A stretch of DNA of 63,962 bases, filler included, from Choristocarpus tenellus KU-1152 (Eukaryota; Protista; Phaeophyceae): assembly GCA_964200185.2 (NCBI GenBank). It is 12 parts of 12 records of this genome, joined end to end, with 100 filler letters (N's around TTAATTAATTAA, not from the genome) between each part and the next. Parts side by side here need not be neighbours in the genome. Positions count along the whole stretch, not along the records: positions 26,390 to 30,712 come from CAXNAD020015120.1; positions 30,813 to 36,891 come from CAXNAD020008995.1; positions 36,992 to 45,584 come from CAXNAD020004553.1; 9 more parts are not named here. One strand, given 5' to 3'. The notes under the pieces were generated by a model that saw only the letters and a list, made by a program, of their open reading frames with translations, was not told the DNA's origin and ran no database searches. The stretch's first letter is position 1. Every line of letters starts with the position of its first letter. The translations under genes were made by a program, and so were the position numbers. Below are positions 26,390-40,054 of this stretch, piece after piece.

Positions 26390-29300
26390 GGGGAATCTTC
26401 TCACCAAGGAACGCCAATGGGTCTCCTTCAACTCCCTCGTCAAGAAGCACAGGGGGAAGGGGTTGTTGTAGGGGGGTCATGTGCACTACCTGGCTGCTGA
26501 CAGGGTCATAGACCCACTGAAGAAAGAAAAAAGAACACATAGAAGTAGTTTAACATAAGAGGTTGGGGACGGGTGAGCAGTGGCATACAGCGGTGAATGG
26601 AGGTGAAAGGTGTTGGCACATGCCAAGGGAGGATGCAACAGCCAGGTGGTGGGGAGGAGGGTTGCACTATGTAGAGTGTACCAAACATTGTAGCTGGGGA
26701 GTGGTACAGGATATTGGAAGCCCTAAAACGAACTCCTCTCCAATTTCAAATACTCGTAAGTATTAGTACCATCCCAGACTTGAATTGTCATCTGAGCATG
26801 CATTTTGTGTATGCCACAAGCAGAGTCAGGGATTTAGAGTGGTACAAAACCAAGTGCTGACGGTTCCTGGTACAAGAAAAATGAACGCATACACACCTTT
26901 CAATGTTCCACAATCCATTCACAAAGCCATAATCCACTCTACACCCACGGTCGCAAGACTTTGTGGACTGTGCCAATAGCATGGATGGTCCTATTCCCAG
27001 CCACAACCCTCTCTCCCCGCCCCCACACCCAGAGCCTAACTTTCTCTTTCAAACACTAGGCTATCATACTTCCTCACTGAAAAAAAATTCTATTACCTGG
27101 TGGCGAAAGGTCAATAGCGCTCGTTCAAAGTCAGCTACATATCCTTTGGGAAACAGCCTTGGGTTTGCCAACTTTACTGCACGAAGAATCTTTGGTACCT
27201 GAAATGAGGGCACACAATTGATCACCCAGAGGGAACATCAAGGGGAGTGGGAGGTCAGCAACTGTACCACAAACACGTTTTCTAATATGCTTTGAGCTCT
27301 GGGGCAAAGGTCGTGGTCACAGAGCTACAGATGTAGGATCCTATCTCCATTCTCTGTGAGTATGCCATTTAGAGGAAGGGTAGATATGGTGGGGTGACAG
27401 TGGACAAAGGATTTCGCCAGGAAAATAGCTCCACAGCTCCATGCCCATTTAGTTTCACAGCGAGCTGGCTTCCAGTCTCATCTAATGCAATTATAAAGAT
27501 CTACTGTGAGGCAATATACATGCATGGTGGTTGAGGGCATTCTGCTGTTTCTAAACAAGGAGTAGATGGGCAAGAAGATAGTCAATGGAGAGAATTTTTT
27601 GATGACAAGGGCAGCAGATCCTGCAGTTTGAAGCTGAAGAGTCCAACCACAACTTGGCTTAAGACCGTGTACTAAGCTCACTTCCTTGTGCCTCTTGACG
27701 AGCTGATAGGCCTTCTTAAGGCCCACACCATGCACAGAGGGGAGATAATCACATCCTGACAGGGCACATAAGGTCACCAATGACTCCTCTTTCATGCCCC
27801 GCAAGTCCAGCTCATCGTTCCTGATGTAGAATGAACAGAAAATACACACAAGTACACACAAGTACAAACATGGATTCGGGGTATCAAGCATGTCCACAGG
27901 CAGAAGGAGACACAGCAAAGCCGGCAGAGTCAGGAAATAACCAGATTTTTACTGTGTGAACAAGAGTGGCAGCAGTGTGCGTGCACGCGCGTGTGAGATT
28001 GGTGAAGAGGGTGATTGGGGTGTGTTAATGAAATAAACTCACAGATGTCTAGGGAATTTGGCCAACCTCCTATAATGAACAAGTCTGATGTATACTGGGT
28101 GTACTTGATGGGAAAAACACCCACAATATGCCCAAATCACTAATGAAGTGGTTATTGGGATAGGATTCACCAAATCCTTGGATGTGATTTCAAGCAGCAC
28201 CTCTAGCGTAGTTTCCGAGATGCCACAGATGTAGCAGGGACAGGGATATGTTTCACTCATGATCTGATAGTGATTTGCAATAGGTCTCCAGGTAAAGTGG
28301 TCCATTCCACTGGACTTCGAGACAAGCTATTTCATATGGAAAAATGCAAGGATGGTGGAGGGACAGAGGGAGGGAGTGGGGGTGGTGGGAGATAGCTTGC
28401 CTGGTTGAAAAGACATCACGGAGGTCCACCATTTGCCCATGCCCGTCTCTGTCCAACTTGAAGAGAACACGTGAGCAGCCAAAGAGTAGTATGTCAGAGT
28501 CTTCGGTGATCACCGCATCCACGAGGTTGTTCCTTGCGAGGAAGCCCAGCTGAGCATCGGCCTCATATGGGGCAACCACATAATTAATTCCAGGGATGCG
28601 CTTAATTTCCTGCAGGGATGAGAGGAGATGAGGGAGTTCACAATGGATTGCTAGGATTCAGGTAGACCAAGGGATAGCAGTAGAGCAAAGGGAGTTGGGG
28701 TGTTCAGGTGAACCAAGGAGTAGGGATAGAGCAGCTATTGGTGTGGGTGCCAAAGTCTCCAGGTGCGTGGGAGTCGAGAGCAGGGTTCGAGGTGAAGTTG
28801 CAGATTGCAGCTTGAACTAGTATGTACTGGTGGGTGGGTCATAGTGTTCTATGCAACCCTCTCCTTGCGGCCCAACACCAAACCTAATCAATGGTTATCA
28901 CAGCTTACAAAACAGGCGAAAGAGGGGGCTGGTCTGTATTCTGTTGGTAACAGAACTTGGTGTAACTAGCTTGAAGAGAGGAGTGGAGAGGGAGGTAAGG
29001 GTTAGACTTGCAGTGGAATGCACAAATATTTGGCAATTGGGCAAGGGAGTTGGTGTTGTGTGGAGCCTGGAGGTAAGAGGGTAAAGGTTCACATCATTGT
29101 CCCGAACACAATCTACGAGACCCCAAAAAGGTTACACAACTCTTGTCCCCCCTTTCTTGCAAGGAGAAAGCAGTTTGTGAGACCGGGGGGGCGTGCTGAG
29201 ACGTCGAGTGAATCTCCAGTGGATTCTCATGTTTTCTGCTTACAAATCGGAAGTAAACCAGGAAAAGCTCAAAACTCTACCCCAATAAAAGCTCCCCGTG

Positions 29301-30082
29301 CTCCGACACCCAAAATCTTTTCTTGAGCATAAAACATTGAAAGTCAAGAAAAACCGCAACGTACAGGCTTTGTGGAGGTTTTCCTTCACAAACCTGAATA
29401 AGCTGATGCGCCATGAATGGAGTGACATCGGCCGCCTTGGAGAAGAATTGGTGAGCAGCAGCGGTGTTACCTTGCCGGAGGAGCTGTGCCCCCCGACTCT
29501 TGTTCTCTTCTCTTCGTTTGCGTCGCTCCGTTTCTTTGCCCGCCTTCGCCGGCAGGTAACCCCCATCAAACACAAGGTAGGGCTTCACCCCATGTCTCAG
29601 AAGTAAATATAGCCTGGAAGTGAAGCATATATCAAGGTCAGCATATACCCATCAGCAAGAATATACTCTCAACTTGTTAATCTCTTCAGCACTCAGCATC
29701 GATCAAGAGCATCAGAGTACTTTGTTTCATCGATCGACTGTAGCGATGCGAAATCACGTGCCTGTCTAAGCAGTACTTGATGAATTTGTCGGTGGGGATT
29801 CCCTGACAGAGCTCAGAGCTGCAGCTGTAGATGCCCTTGTGAAGCCAGCAATAGGTGTCGACCCCAACAGTCTATGTCAGGTAAGCAGGAGAGGGAAGGA
29901 GAATGGGGAGTTGATGAAAAAAATGTTGAACTTAGCCAGGCATATATATATCCTTTCTTATCATGTCATAGGGAGAGACTGGTGAGCACTAGAGTACATA
30001 CACACACCAATCCTTTGAGGTCACTGATATGTGTATCCTTGGTCACTGGCTTCAGCAGTGGCAGGAGTCCAGAAATACCCAT
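26390..30082 (-). CDS. EXO1: Exonuclease 1 (XPG/Rad2 family), 5' part; exons 30082-30008, 29871-29762, 29613-29394, 28609-28401, 27820-27682, 27198-27097, 26516-26390 (runs into gap)
   Basis: Motifs MGISGLLPLLK, VDTYCWLHKG, KPYLVFDGGYLP.K..E..R, VAPYEADAQL, ITEDSD, LSGCDYLPS..GVGLKKA and F.HQ.VYDP; all junctions in frame, two with GC donors. Confidence 0.96.
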
Positions 30083-30812
30083 CGAGCTGCGACCTCTTAT
30101 CAGTTCACCTTCGACGAGATTTCAAGAGTCACAAACGTTGCTGTCCAGTCTCTAGAATCGAGTATCTCGTGAATTCAAGACATGAGAGAGAGTATCTCTT
30201 CATAGTGTTTGGGGAATGTTTGTTTCAGATTTCAAAATTGGCGCGATTGAACGCGAGCGCAATGGTTCCAGTTTTGAAAGAAACTCATATTTTTGCACCC
30301 TCTTCTCTATTAGAGTACAGTAGGTTCCCCTATTTTGGGCCTAAGAATTATGAAGCAAATCGAAAAATATGCAATTTTGTACCTCTTTTTTCGATATGCT
30401 AAAAAAAATAGGCTTTTGTACGGAATTCTTGTATTCGAGCGATTTAGCACAAACTCCCAGAGATATTCACGCGAGTTTAGCACGCGCGAAAAAAATTCTC
30501 GCGAAAAGTGCCTTTCTTCCTCTATCATACACCAGTACAGTACGTTGCTGGTATAGGAATAAAGTGGAAGCCATGCCTTGTCAAACACACCGGGTCCGCC
30601 TTTCTACACAATCCACAAGTGCCGTAAATGCGGTGAGCACCTCCATGGTATATGTGGTGTAAGGGATCCCGAACCCGATGATAACTGCGAACGTTTGTGT
30701 GAGGGGCAGTAGNNNNNNNNNNNNNNNNNNNNNNNNNNNNNNNNNNNNNNNNNNNNTTAATTAATTAANNNNNNNNNNNNNNNNNNNNNNNNNNNNNNNN
30801 NNNNNNNNNNNN

Positions 30813-31758
30813 CAGTAAGGTGACTCTCGTCATATCCATACCAATCCTGTACACCTTGGGCATCTTACACCTTGGTCGTCATCTCCCCCCATTCTTGCAG
30901 AGGCACCAGCGCGTCGTCCCCTGTCTAGGTCGGGGCAGTAATTTTTCGTGCGGCTGTCTTTGCTACACATGTAACAAACTATGCGCCCCTTCCAGTGCCC
31001 CTTTCTTCCCGAGGAACTCTTTCCCACACTCGCAACCAAAGTATGGCCACTCCCAGTGGACTTGCCCATATTAATCGTTTGCAGGTCTTTATACCTCGCC
31101 ACCACCATATCTTCAACCTCCTTCACCGTCTTCGTTTCCCCGAAATTTACGAAGCTCTTGACTTGGGAGTAGTTCTCCTTACGCTTGTTGAGAATCGTGG
31201 CCACCTTTGTCTCTTCTGCTATCACCTCTCCCATCGACTCCAGTCTCGTAGTTAAGCTGGATAGTTCAGTCAGTCCTGGCGACGGGTCCTTCCTATCATC
31301 AATCGTAAGTTGACCGAGCTCCTGGCGCACGCGCCTTGCCTCCTGGCGGGTCTTTGGCACAAACGCCACATCAAGGGCGTGCCACCCTGCACTTGGAGAC
31401 CCAGGCGCGATGAACACATGTAAGGCACGGTCTTGCAGCATGATCAGCATGAGTTGTCACGCTTTCTTTGCCCATGTAGTTGCCAGTCGGAGGTTGGCGT
31501 TGCTGGCCATAACAGGAACAGGTACTGTTGAAGGTCGCTCGAAGCTGTTGCCTTCATCACTCAACGACCTCGGTGATTCCACGTCCACTGCCCAGATGGG
31601 CCCACCATGATGATGTCTTGACCATGCAGAGCGGTTTCGCAGTCATGAACGCCAAGCGTAGCCTGAGCCGGAACCACGAAAGCATAAAAGTCTTCGCCCA
31701 ATTTTCCAGCGAACGTGGGCAGTGATGTTACCTTGGTGGTGTTGTTGGTTGCAGACAT
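30813..31758 (-). mobile_element. Ty1/Copia gag remnant (frameshifted) with degenerate zinc knuckles
   Basis: UBN2-like helical gag; CYMCSKDSRTKNYC and CPRC knuckle-like motifs; adjacent to TG..CA LTRs. Confidence 0.8.
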
Positions 31759-31846
31759 CTTGCACTCAATAATTTGCTCATTATTAGACTAGTCGATCAG
31801 CACAACGTCCCAGGAATAATCGGTCCGCTACGTAGCATGGTGAAGT

Positions 31847-32249
31847 TGTTGAAGTATCCCACACTGGACCTGCGGCTTTGATGCTTTGATGAAAGACAGT
31901 GAATGACTTAGTGTAGATGTACAACGTTAGTATTACAAGAGGGCTTATGGTCTCGATTCCACTGACTGAATTGGTTGGTGAGACAAGTGCAAACTACAAT
32001 ACCACACACGGTTCTGATAATATCTATTTACGGTATGTGGCATATATGATATATCAACGGATGATCCAATATCAGGTCCCTACCATACATGAACTACCAT
32101 ACGTGAACGTTGTGTAGAGCTCAACTGAAATATACGCAAACATATATCTGACTCTACCTTTCCTCCATTACTCCACTACTGGTGTCTGCATTTCCTAAAT
32201 TACTTCACCGATGGTGTCTACAGTGTATCAGCAGCACTATTCACGAACA
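31847..32249 (-). mobile_element. LTR (~400 bp) upstream of the Copia gag
   Basis: TGTTGAAGTA ... CACTATTCACGAACA termini; homologous to 32250-32616 and 54070-54135. Confidence 0.8.
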
Positions 32250-32616
32250 GAAGTATCCCACACTGTGGACCCGCGGCTTTGGTGCTTTGATGAAAGAAAT
32301 TAACAACTTGATGTAGATATGCAAAGTTAATATTACAAGGGGGCTTATGGTCTCGATTCCGCAGACTGAATACGTGGGTGAGAGTAGCCTTATCTATCAT
32401 TATTATTTCTATAGTGTGGGTTTGCAATCGTCCGCACTACTTCGCTGTGATTCACTTATTAACTTGTTTTAAGTATAGGAAGTGTATCTTGAACATTACG
32501 TAAGAGCCAATGAACACCATGAATCAGTACATATAATATATCTGTCACTGGCTCTCCGTCCTATTACATAATCCACCGGTGGTGTCTATGTGTATCAGCA
32601 GCACTATCTACGAACA
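32250..32616 (-). mobile_element. Second LTR in direct tandem with the first
   Basis: Starts GAAGTATCCCACACTG (lacking TGTT) and ends CACTATCTACGAACA. Confidence 0.78.
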
Positions 32617-33390
32617 GATGGTAGCTAAGGCTAGATCTTTGAAGAAATTTCCAATTTATTGGTAGAGGTTAGGGTTAGGGTTAGAATACCATCACATCGT
32701 AGGTCGTCGCTCTGGAAGTATCAGAGTAGGAAGAGCAAATTCAGGAGCAAGATCCACCAAGTTTAATATATTCCGAGACATGTACTGCAGACAACCAAAA
32801 CCCCACGATTTCATAGTCGCTTGTTTGAAGACCATACTCCTGTTGTACCAATAGAAGTGGGTACAATGTAGTCGGAGACATGGGCAATATGTATAATATA
32901 CGTACGCACCCAGGTACGATTGTTTTATGGCTCACTGTCGCTATCTTGGCTCAAAACCACGATGCCAACCCTTCCATGCCAGTCGCGCCACCTCCTCATT
33001 CTATAGAGCTATATACACCTGCATGTATAATGTATGCAAAATAAGTGTGGTCTGACTCAGGTATAGTACCCAAGGAACCGTGAACATGTAAGTTATATAA
33101 TGGAAGGGTTTTGTGTTAGTTGATTTTGTGATCCCATATCATAGAGTTAGAGAACTCACATCTACATAATTTATACATTTTTATTTTTCTCTTACATACT
33201 GCGGTCGCTCTAAGTGTCTTGAAACGAAACCGTTCTAGTGCTTCCCTTCATTTGAAACTGATGAATCACGAACCAACCAGTCCTATAGCAAAGTAGCATG
33301 CACGCAGAAGAGTGCGTAAGTATCGAGAGATTAGTCGGAAATTACTTCGATTGACGCTATCCCTAAACCTGATGCAACCAGCCTAACGGC

Positions 33391-36113
33391 ATGCCAGGAA
33401 CATGTACATTGGAACGACAAAGGGGAGAGTTTTCAGATGCGCAGGGGGCGGCAGACGAAGAAGCTATTATGAGAAAGGTGATGGGGGTTGCGAGAAGAGA
33501 ATCGATGATTCATTGGGCATTCAAAAATTTCATGGGGTATGCTGACAGTAGACCCACTATTCCCACATTTGTCCTCTCTCACTTCCTGCAGGGCCCCGAA
33601 AGTCTGATTCGGCCGTTGAAGGATAGACTGCGTTTCCTTTGCAAACAGCGCCGAATTCGCCTCCAGGACTTCTTCGGATCCTTCGATTTACACCATAACA
33701 AAAAGGTGTAGCGTTGGTTCTACAACCCAGACTAAGAAAATAACCCAATTTTCTCTTCTTCAGTTTTGCTTTTCAAAGTGGCATTCCCTTTCCACCTCTG
33801 TTGGTGGCTTGGGCTGAGAAAGTAGAACTGAGAACTGCCCTGTACCTGCTTCTTGTCCCGTTGACGACCTAGTCGCTCCGTCCTGCATAACGAATCGAAC
33901 TACTGGTTATCCTTTTACCTGACATCAACCAGAGCTCTAGAAACCACAGCAATTTATCAGAAAATGTAACTATCACTCTTCCTTCCAATGATCACACTGT
34001 TACATGTCTCATCGATACAATGTTATACAGACGTTGTGAGGCCCCATTATTATGCGACAACACCCTCCAGTAGAGGTGGCAGAGAGCACCTTCCTTGTAC
34101 CTTCTATTTGCAAACCCACCCGCTAAAGATTCCCAACATTGAATATTGGTGATCGCATTCTCATGTACCCTACACATCCTCCATGACAAACATGCAGGCC
34201 CTAGTGTGGACCAAGCTCCACAACAAGAGACAAGCACATTCAAATGCCTCCAGTTCTCCAATCGCTTTTCCAAGAAGCAGATGATCCAGTTCTTGATTAA
34301 GTTGGTTGTTTGACATCGGTGCAGAACTTGTCAAAAGGCCTGACATCATTCCACCCCAAGTGCTCCAATGGTACATTGTTTCTCTATTTAGCAATGTTGA
34401 ACGTCCCATCCCCACCTACCACAGATTTATCGATTTTGCTGCGGCCAACTGTCAGGTCACTAAGGCGCAGTTCAAGCGTGCTATGGATCTAGCTGGACTC
34501 ACAACACTGGCACTGGGCATCCATCCCTCCCCTCTTCTCACCCCCAAGGAGATCGCAATGCTTGAAATGCGATACAGGGTTGAGGAAAATACAGACTTGG
34601 TCAACTACGGAAAACTTTGCGAGCAAATCGAAAAGGTTTGGATGGGTAAGGGTAAGCGCAAGTCAAAAGGGTTTTCATGTATTGCCAACTATGATAGGAT
34701 ATGTGAATCAGTGTGGGGTGAAATTGTGGGGAGTGAGTAAAGTCAGGACGAACAGGGCTGACAAGGGTAGACAAGAGTGGACAAGGCCAAACCCAGAAGA
34801 GGGCGAGCATGCAACAATCTCTTCCACCTCTCATTGAGTACAGGTCTCCACCTAGAGTTTCCAACATTAGAACACTACCTCCAATACTACTTAGATGCAC
34901 ACTTCCCAAATCGATTGTATCAAATAGATGTCAAGGAGTACTCTGAAATTTATCCACAGTTCCTGAACCTCCCTCTCCTCCGTTCAACTACATCTCACTC
35001 AGGTTTTTAACAGAATCTGACCTTAGGCGGGACTAACCGTACCCTAATCACTAACCATTCCTTCATCCTCATTATGTAAGATATTTACCCACCGAGGTCT
35101 GGAAATGAAACCCACCAAGGACCTGAAGCTATCTCTAGAAGGACGAGCTGAGTCTGCGTATGGCCGTCAACGACCTGGACTCTCACCCCTGGAAGTGAAT
35201 GTGGTGGACTGCACACTGCAGGAGCTTAGAAAACTTAGCAGGACCCAGGGCTTGATAATAAAGGTGGGGTCTCGAAAAAGTGAGGAGGATGAAACAGGTG
35301 TACATGTGGCTAGACATATGAGAACACCAGTTGATAAAGGAAAATGCATAATGTGTCAGTCAAAAAACCCTCCCTGTCTACCCACGCATACCTGGACCTT
35401 TACCTTGTTACCGAACCTCGCACAAGGATCTTTTCTCGGGATTTGACAGACACAACAATGGAAGGGTGACATCCACCCAGTTCCTGCGCCAGGTGGATTT
35501 GATCTTCAAGGGGAGAATCTCCAAGGAGAAAGCAAAGTGAGGGTCAACATCGTACGCTTCCATTAGGCTCTCTGTTATTCATTTTTTATTTTAATAAGGA
35601 TTTTTGTCAAAGATTTTGTGACAGTGGAAGTTGTATCAATAGCAATGTTGACACCAATAGCAGATTGTGTGTATGTCACATCGAAACTATAGGATCAATC
35701 CGCCCCGCAACTCAACTCCCATCACGGCCCCAACCTTGAGAAACAATTTGTCACATATGTGTTGGCATACCCACAGGTCTTACAGAGGCAAAGGTTGTGT
35801 CCTTTCATTTGAAGATATTTTCACAACATCAACATCAAAGCACACAGGGATTGATATCAAGTCTTGTCAGAGATAAAAACTGTGGTACCCATCTCCCCTT
35901 TCATCCTATCACAATAGCCACCAAACAGATGTATACCCATCCCCAAAATCTCATGCCCTCCATATTGCTCACCATGCACAACCACCATCAATAGGATCCT
36001 CCTGCGGGCCTATCAGACAGTCAATGGCGATGTTAACTACAGGGCCCTTGAGCAGGATGGAACCCTTCCAGAAGATCAGGAAGGGGGGGGTTCAGCCCTT
36101 GCCTCTGATGTGT
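33391..36113 (+). CDS. EF-hand-containing protein; exons 33391-33706, 34456-34635, 35081-35263, 35428-35537, 35994-36113 (approx.)
   Basis: Repeated QDFFGSFDLHHNKKVT..QF and DLFSGFDRHNNGRVT..QF loops plus VNY motifs; four GT-AG introns in frame; ends ...SDV*. Confidence 0.8.
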
Positions 36114-37714
36114 GAGATACTCAAGAGACCCCTCAAGTACCCTAACTTATTCCGGTATATATTTAAATTCATATGTGTTAGTGTGTCTTTGGCTCCAGTT
36201 AGTTGGTGTATGTCTCTGACCTTCCTCCTACTTTGAGAGTTTGATTCCAGTACAATTCTTGAACATGGCCATTCTAATCAATTTGTGTAGTATTCAAGAG
36301 CACAACGTGGACACACTCTAATTTTCCCTTCCTGCCTTCTTGTTCAGATACTTCCTTTCCTACTCTTACCAGTCTGTACCACAAACCAAGCACTTTCAAT
36401 TACTATTGTGTTATGGCAATGGTGGACTAGACCTTTCCCCTAATTCCAACATGTTTTGAATAAAGTATGTGCCTGAGATGCAGTTGATACAATGACCAAG
36501 GGATGTGCCTATTTGGAGTCAAAGCAAACGAGAGGTAACCAGAGTTGCATTTTAAGGGTGCTGAGAAGTATGTGCAAAATTTGACTTTTTTTTTCCAATG
36601 TGTACAGAATAGTTTCTGGATGTGTCGGAAAACTTTCAAACACTAGAGAAATAAACGCCCTCGAGTCAAACTTAGAACTTCCTCCATAAAATACAGGTGA
36701 ATTGCAAAAGTTGAAAAAACAGACTAAGTATGCAATACCGCCAAAACCTGGGTACCTCTCACTTACCTTGGCTCAGGGTCATTTTTAGTTCGGACCCAAA
36801 GTATCTGGGGGGGGGGGGGGGGGGGGGGTGTTACCCCGGGGGGCCTTTTGGAGCCAAACCAGGAAAGGGGCAGTTAATATTTCATCCAAAANNNNNNNNN
36901 NNNNNNNNNNNNNNNNNNNNNNNNNNNNNNNNNNNTTAATTAATTAANNNNNNNNNNNNNNNNNNNNNNNNNNNNNNNNNNNNNNNNNNNNCCCCTCACA
37001 AATCACCCCCCCCTCCCTCCAGATGCTTTGACCCACTGACTCTCTGTTCAGCAATGCCCGCCAAAATGCTTCACCACTGACGGAGAACTACTCAGAGTGA
37101 CAAGGAATCAATCATACGGAGTCAAAATCGACATTGTTATGGACATGATTGTGGCAGTTGAACTAATCTCTTTTCTCCAATTCATTTGCACGGGCAAGCT
37201 CCACACAGACATGGCCATTGAAGAAATCAATGCATCAAAGCATTTTGAGTCATGCAGATGCCAGTTCAATAGTTTTTGTATATTGATATTTGGATACCAT
37301 CAACAATATAGAAGTGGTGTGGCAGTTGAGGGAGTGGTAGAGGTTGCAAGGTGACAAAAATATTCTATTGGCTTGATGTCATCTGTAGGTAGTTCAATTC
37401 GTGCAAATAGTACTGTTTTCACTATTGTCCCAAGGTCTCAATTTCTTAGTGTCTTGAATCATGGAGTGAGTAGATATAGTGATGGCACCCCAGGGCATCA
37501 AGAAGACACGAAAATGCAATAAGTTTTTCTTTCAGGCTACGACAATGTCACAATGTCCTGTGTCTTGCCTTGAACAAAGGAACAGTGAGTAGGAACAATT
37601 TCTTTAACCCTTTTTGCAGTACAGCAGGATAGATCTGGGGAGGCACACATCATTGAGCTCTTCTTGCATCCATTGATTGTTGAAGCACGGGGATATCGCT
37701 CGCATTTCATTCAC

Positions 37715-40054
37715 CTTATAGGACACCAGACTCTCTCCTGCATTCTTCAGTCGAATGAATGGCACATGTTCTGCTTCGGAGCATGGTTCATACACACTTC
37801 GGTACTTGGAAATGCGCTCATAGAAGTCGTGCATGGCATCCTATATTTGCAGGTGGTGAAATAGGAGAATAATAATGTTCAGTTGCCAACATGGACATAG
37901 GGTAAGTAAGGTTGTAGGGTGTAGATGTGAGTGTAAGTATCTTAGAGGGTACGAGTTTTGCCCTGTTTGTCCATTTCGGGCTTGGCTTCCAATGTTTTTT
38001 TTAATGGCATTTTGCCTACTCCAAAACATTTTGGAGTAGGCAAAATGTGTATGTTACGAAATGGTGTGTCCGGAACAAGGATATTGACACTTCCTAACAA
38101 ACATGATAGCCAAAATTACATCAAAATCTCAACATTGGATTTTGGCCCCCAAATGGACGCGGTTCTACCCTCCTAGATACTTCGTCTCCATCCTATTGAC
38201 CTATTTTGGCATAGGGACTACTCGATAGGTGATAAATATTGCTTGTTGTGCCATCTCCCATACTCCACATTTTGGTAATATTGTAAAGACCCCATTCAGC
38301 AACACTTGAACCACTGTCCCTGCTCTTGAAAAAATATCACTATGCACCTCTGGGTCCCACCCTGCATAGTCTGGTGAATGGAGCTTGACTTCCTTGATGT
38401 TATTCCACACCAATGCATCATCATCACAGACTAGCTCCAGGAACACAAGGCGTACACCTGATCCTCTCTCTATATTCGCTCTCGTGTTGACTCTTTCTCC
38501 TTCTGAATAGTTCTTTCTCCCCTCCTCATTTACAAGGTTCAAGCGTTTTTGTACCTCTGACCGAAGCCACAGACGTCTCTTCTTGGTGCTGTTTGTTGCA
38601 TCTGGGAAACACACGCCACTGTTATGTTAATGTGATTTTGGTTTTCTTGACTGGTACATATTCAAGGGACTAGTGCATGCCATCAGTTGGATTCATCATC
38701 TGTAAATACAGCAGATGGGTAATTTAACAGAGGAGTAAACCTGATGGATGAGCAAAGTGCTTGGACTCACCCAACACAGCGACATATGAGCCTTTGCGAA
38801 AGCTCTCGAGAGCATCGTCAAGGGCCATTTCAGCGCATTTCTGGCGTATATGCATCCCCTCTGTATTGTCAGGGTCGAAAAGACTTGCAGAGGCATCAGA
38901 CCCCAAGATCTTTCTCCTGTAGTTACCAGCATTGAATATCTTAGCTGGTATTCCAAGCCATTCCAAGTGCCGTGTTGCAGTCTTAGCAACATACGTCTTG
39001 CCCCTACTTCCACACAATACATTTTCCAGAAAAGTTCGGCGCGAGGGGATACCAAATTTCAAGACAGAAAATTATTGAGTGGACGGAAAGGAGGTACCTA
39101 ATATATGTATGAACAATACCTGGTCACAGATGACAGGGCTTATACAGGATGAGAAGTATGGCATCCATGGAAGCACTTCAAAATATGACGACGTAATCCA
39201 AACAGCAGAAGTATTTTTTATAGTAGTGCTTGCCTGGCAGGTAACCCAACCATGGCCAGGAGAATTTTATCTTGTCTTTGCATAGCATATTGGGAAAGGG
39301 AGAGACTCCTTGGAGGCTGGTCTGGAGCATGAACTACCGGAACTGGCATTGCTTTGGCTGACATGCAAAACGCACTGGCAGTTCGCCGAGCAATAGCCTG
39401 CAGTGTGAAGCAGTGGGTCAGATATCAATCGCATTGTACAATTTTCGGGAGAGTTCTATACAATGCATTCACTCAACCCCATCCTAAATCAATTAATTAT
39501 ATATCACAGGTCGAACTGCGATTTGTCAGCTGCGAATTGCTAGGGAGTCCATAACTCGTTCAAGGCCCTCGCCATTCAACAGAGTTGGGCACAGTTCGCA
39601 CAGGGTCACCTTGGTCCTGTTTGGGTTCACATTCGCGTCATATTCTCGGTCGTTTACAGTCTTGTCAGCAATCCTTGCCCTCATGAAAAGCGAAGGTATC
39701 TCCTGCTGATCGCAAATATCGGTTGCAAATTTTGAAGAAGGCAATTCCACTTCCGCACTGCTTCCATAGCCATTCTGGGGTTGGCTGGCACCCCCCTCAG
39801 GTGAGGCCTGGCGATCATCTAGATTGCATTTATCGTCCTGGACACCGTTCAGCCTTTCTGGTCGTTCGGGCAGTGTGTGCCACCTTTTGCCGCATGAAAC
39901 ATTGATCTGCATGGCAATATAAAGATACTATGGGTCATCGTTTGGACAAATGCGACTTCAGATCAGACTTTTTTTTACTTTCTCGCATTACCTTTTCCCA
40001 TCCAATGCTTCCCCCTCTTGGTCTGAATGTCATGTTGGCCTCATCTTCGGACAT
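37715..40054 (-). CDS. PFKFB: 6-phosphofructo-2-kinase / fructose-2,6-bisphosphatase, 5' part; exons 40054-39992, 39906-39610, 39397-39234, 39003-38771, 38601-38348, 37840-37715
   Basis: MVGLPARGKTY P-loop, FNAGNYRR, DATNST..RR, FLE..C.D, K..SPDY and DF..RI..Y...YEP motifs. Confidence 0.92.
37929..38188 (+). mobile_element. MITE family A inside a PFK-2 intron
   Basis: GAGTGTAAGTATCTTAGAGGGTACG ... TACCCTCCTAGATACTTCGTCTC. Confidence 0.85.

Noticed and set aside
31836-32213. Tf1-like self-priming (post-LTR ACTTCACC complementary to an LTR-internal site at ~32202)
   Set aside because: Only an 8-nt perfect match, and the other two LTR copies read AATCCACC at that site; likely chance.
36793-37034. 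One MITE B spanning the gap as evidence of true adjacency
   Set aside because: The flanks (TTCG vs ACTG) do not form a TSD; probably different copies.
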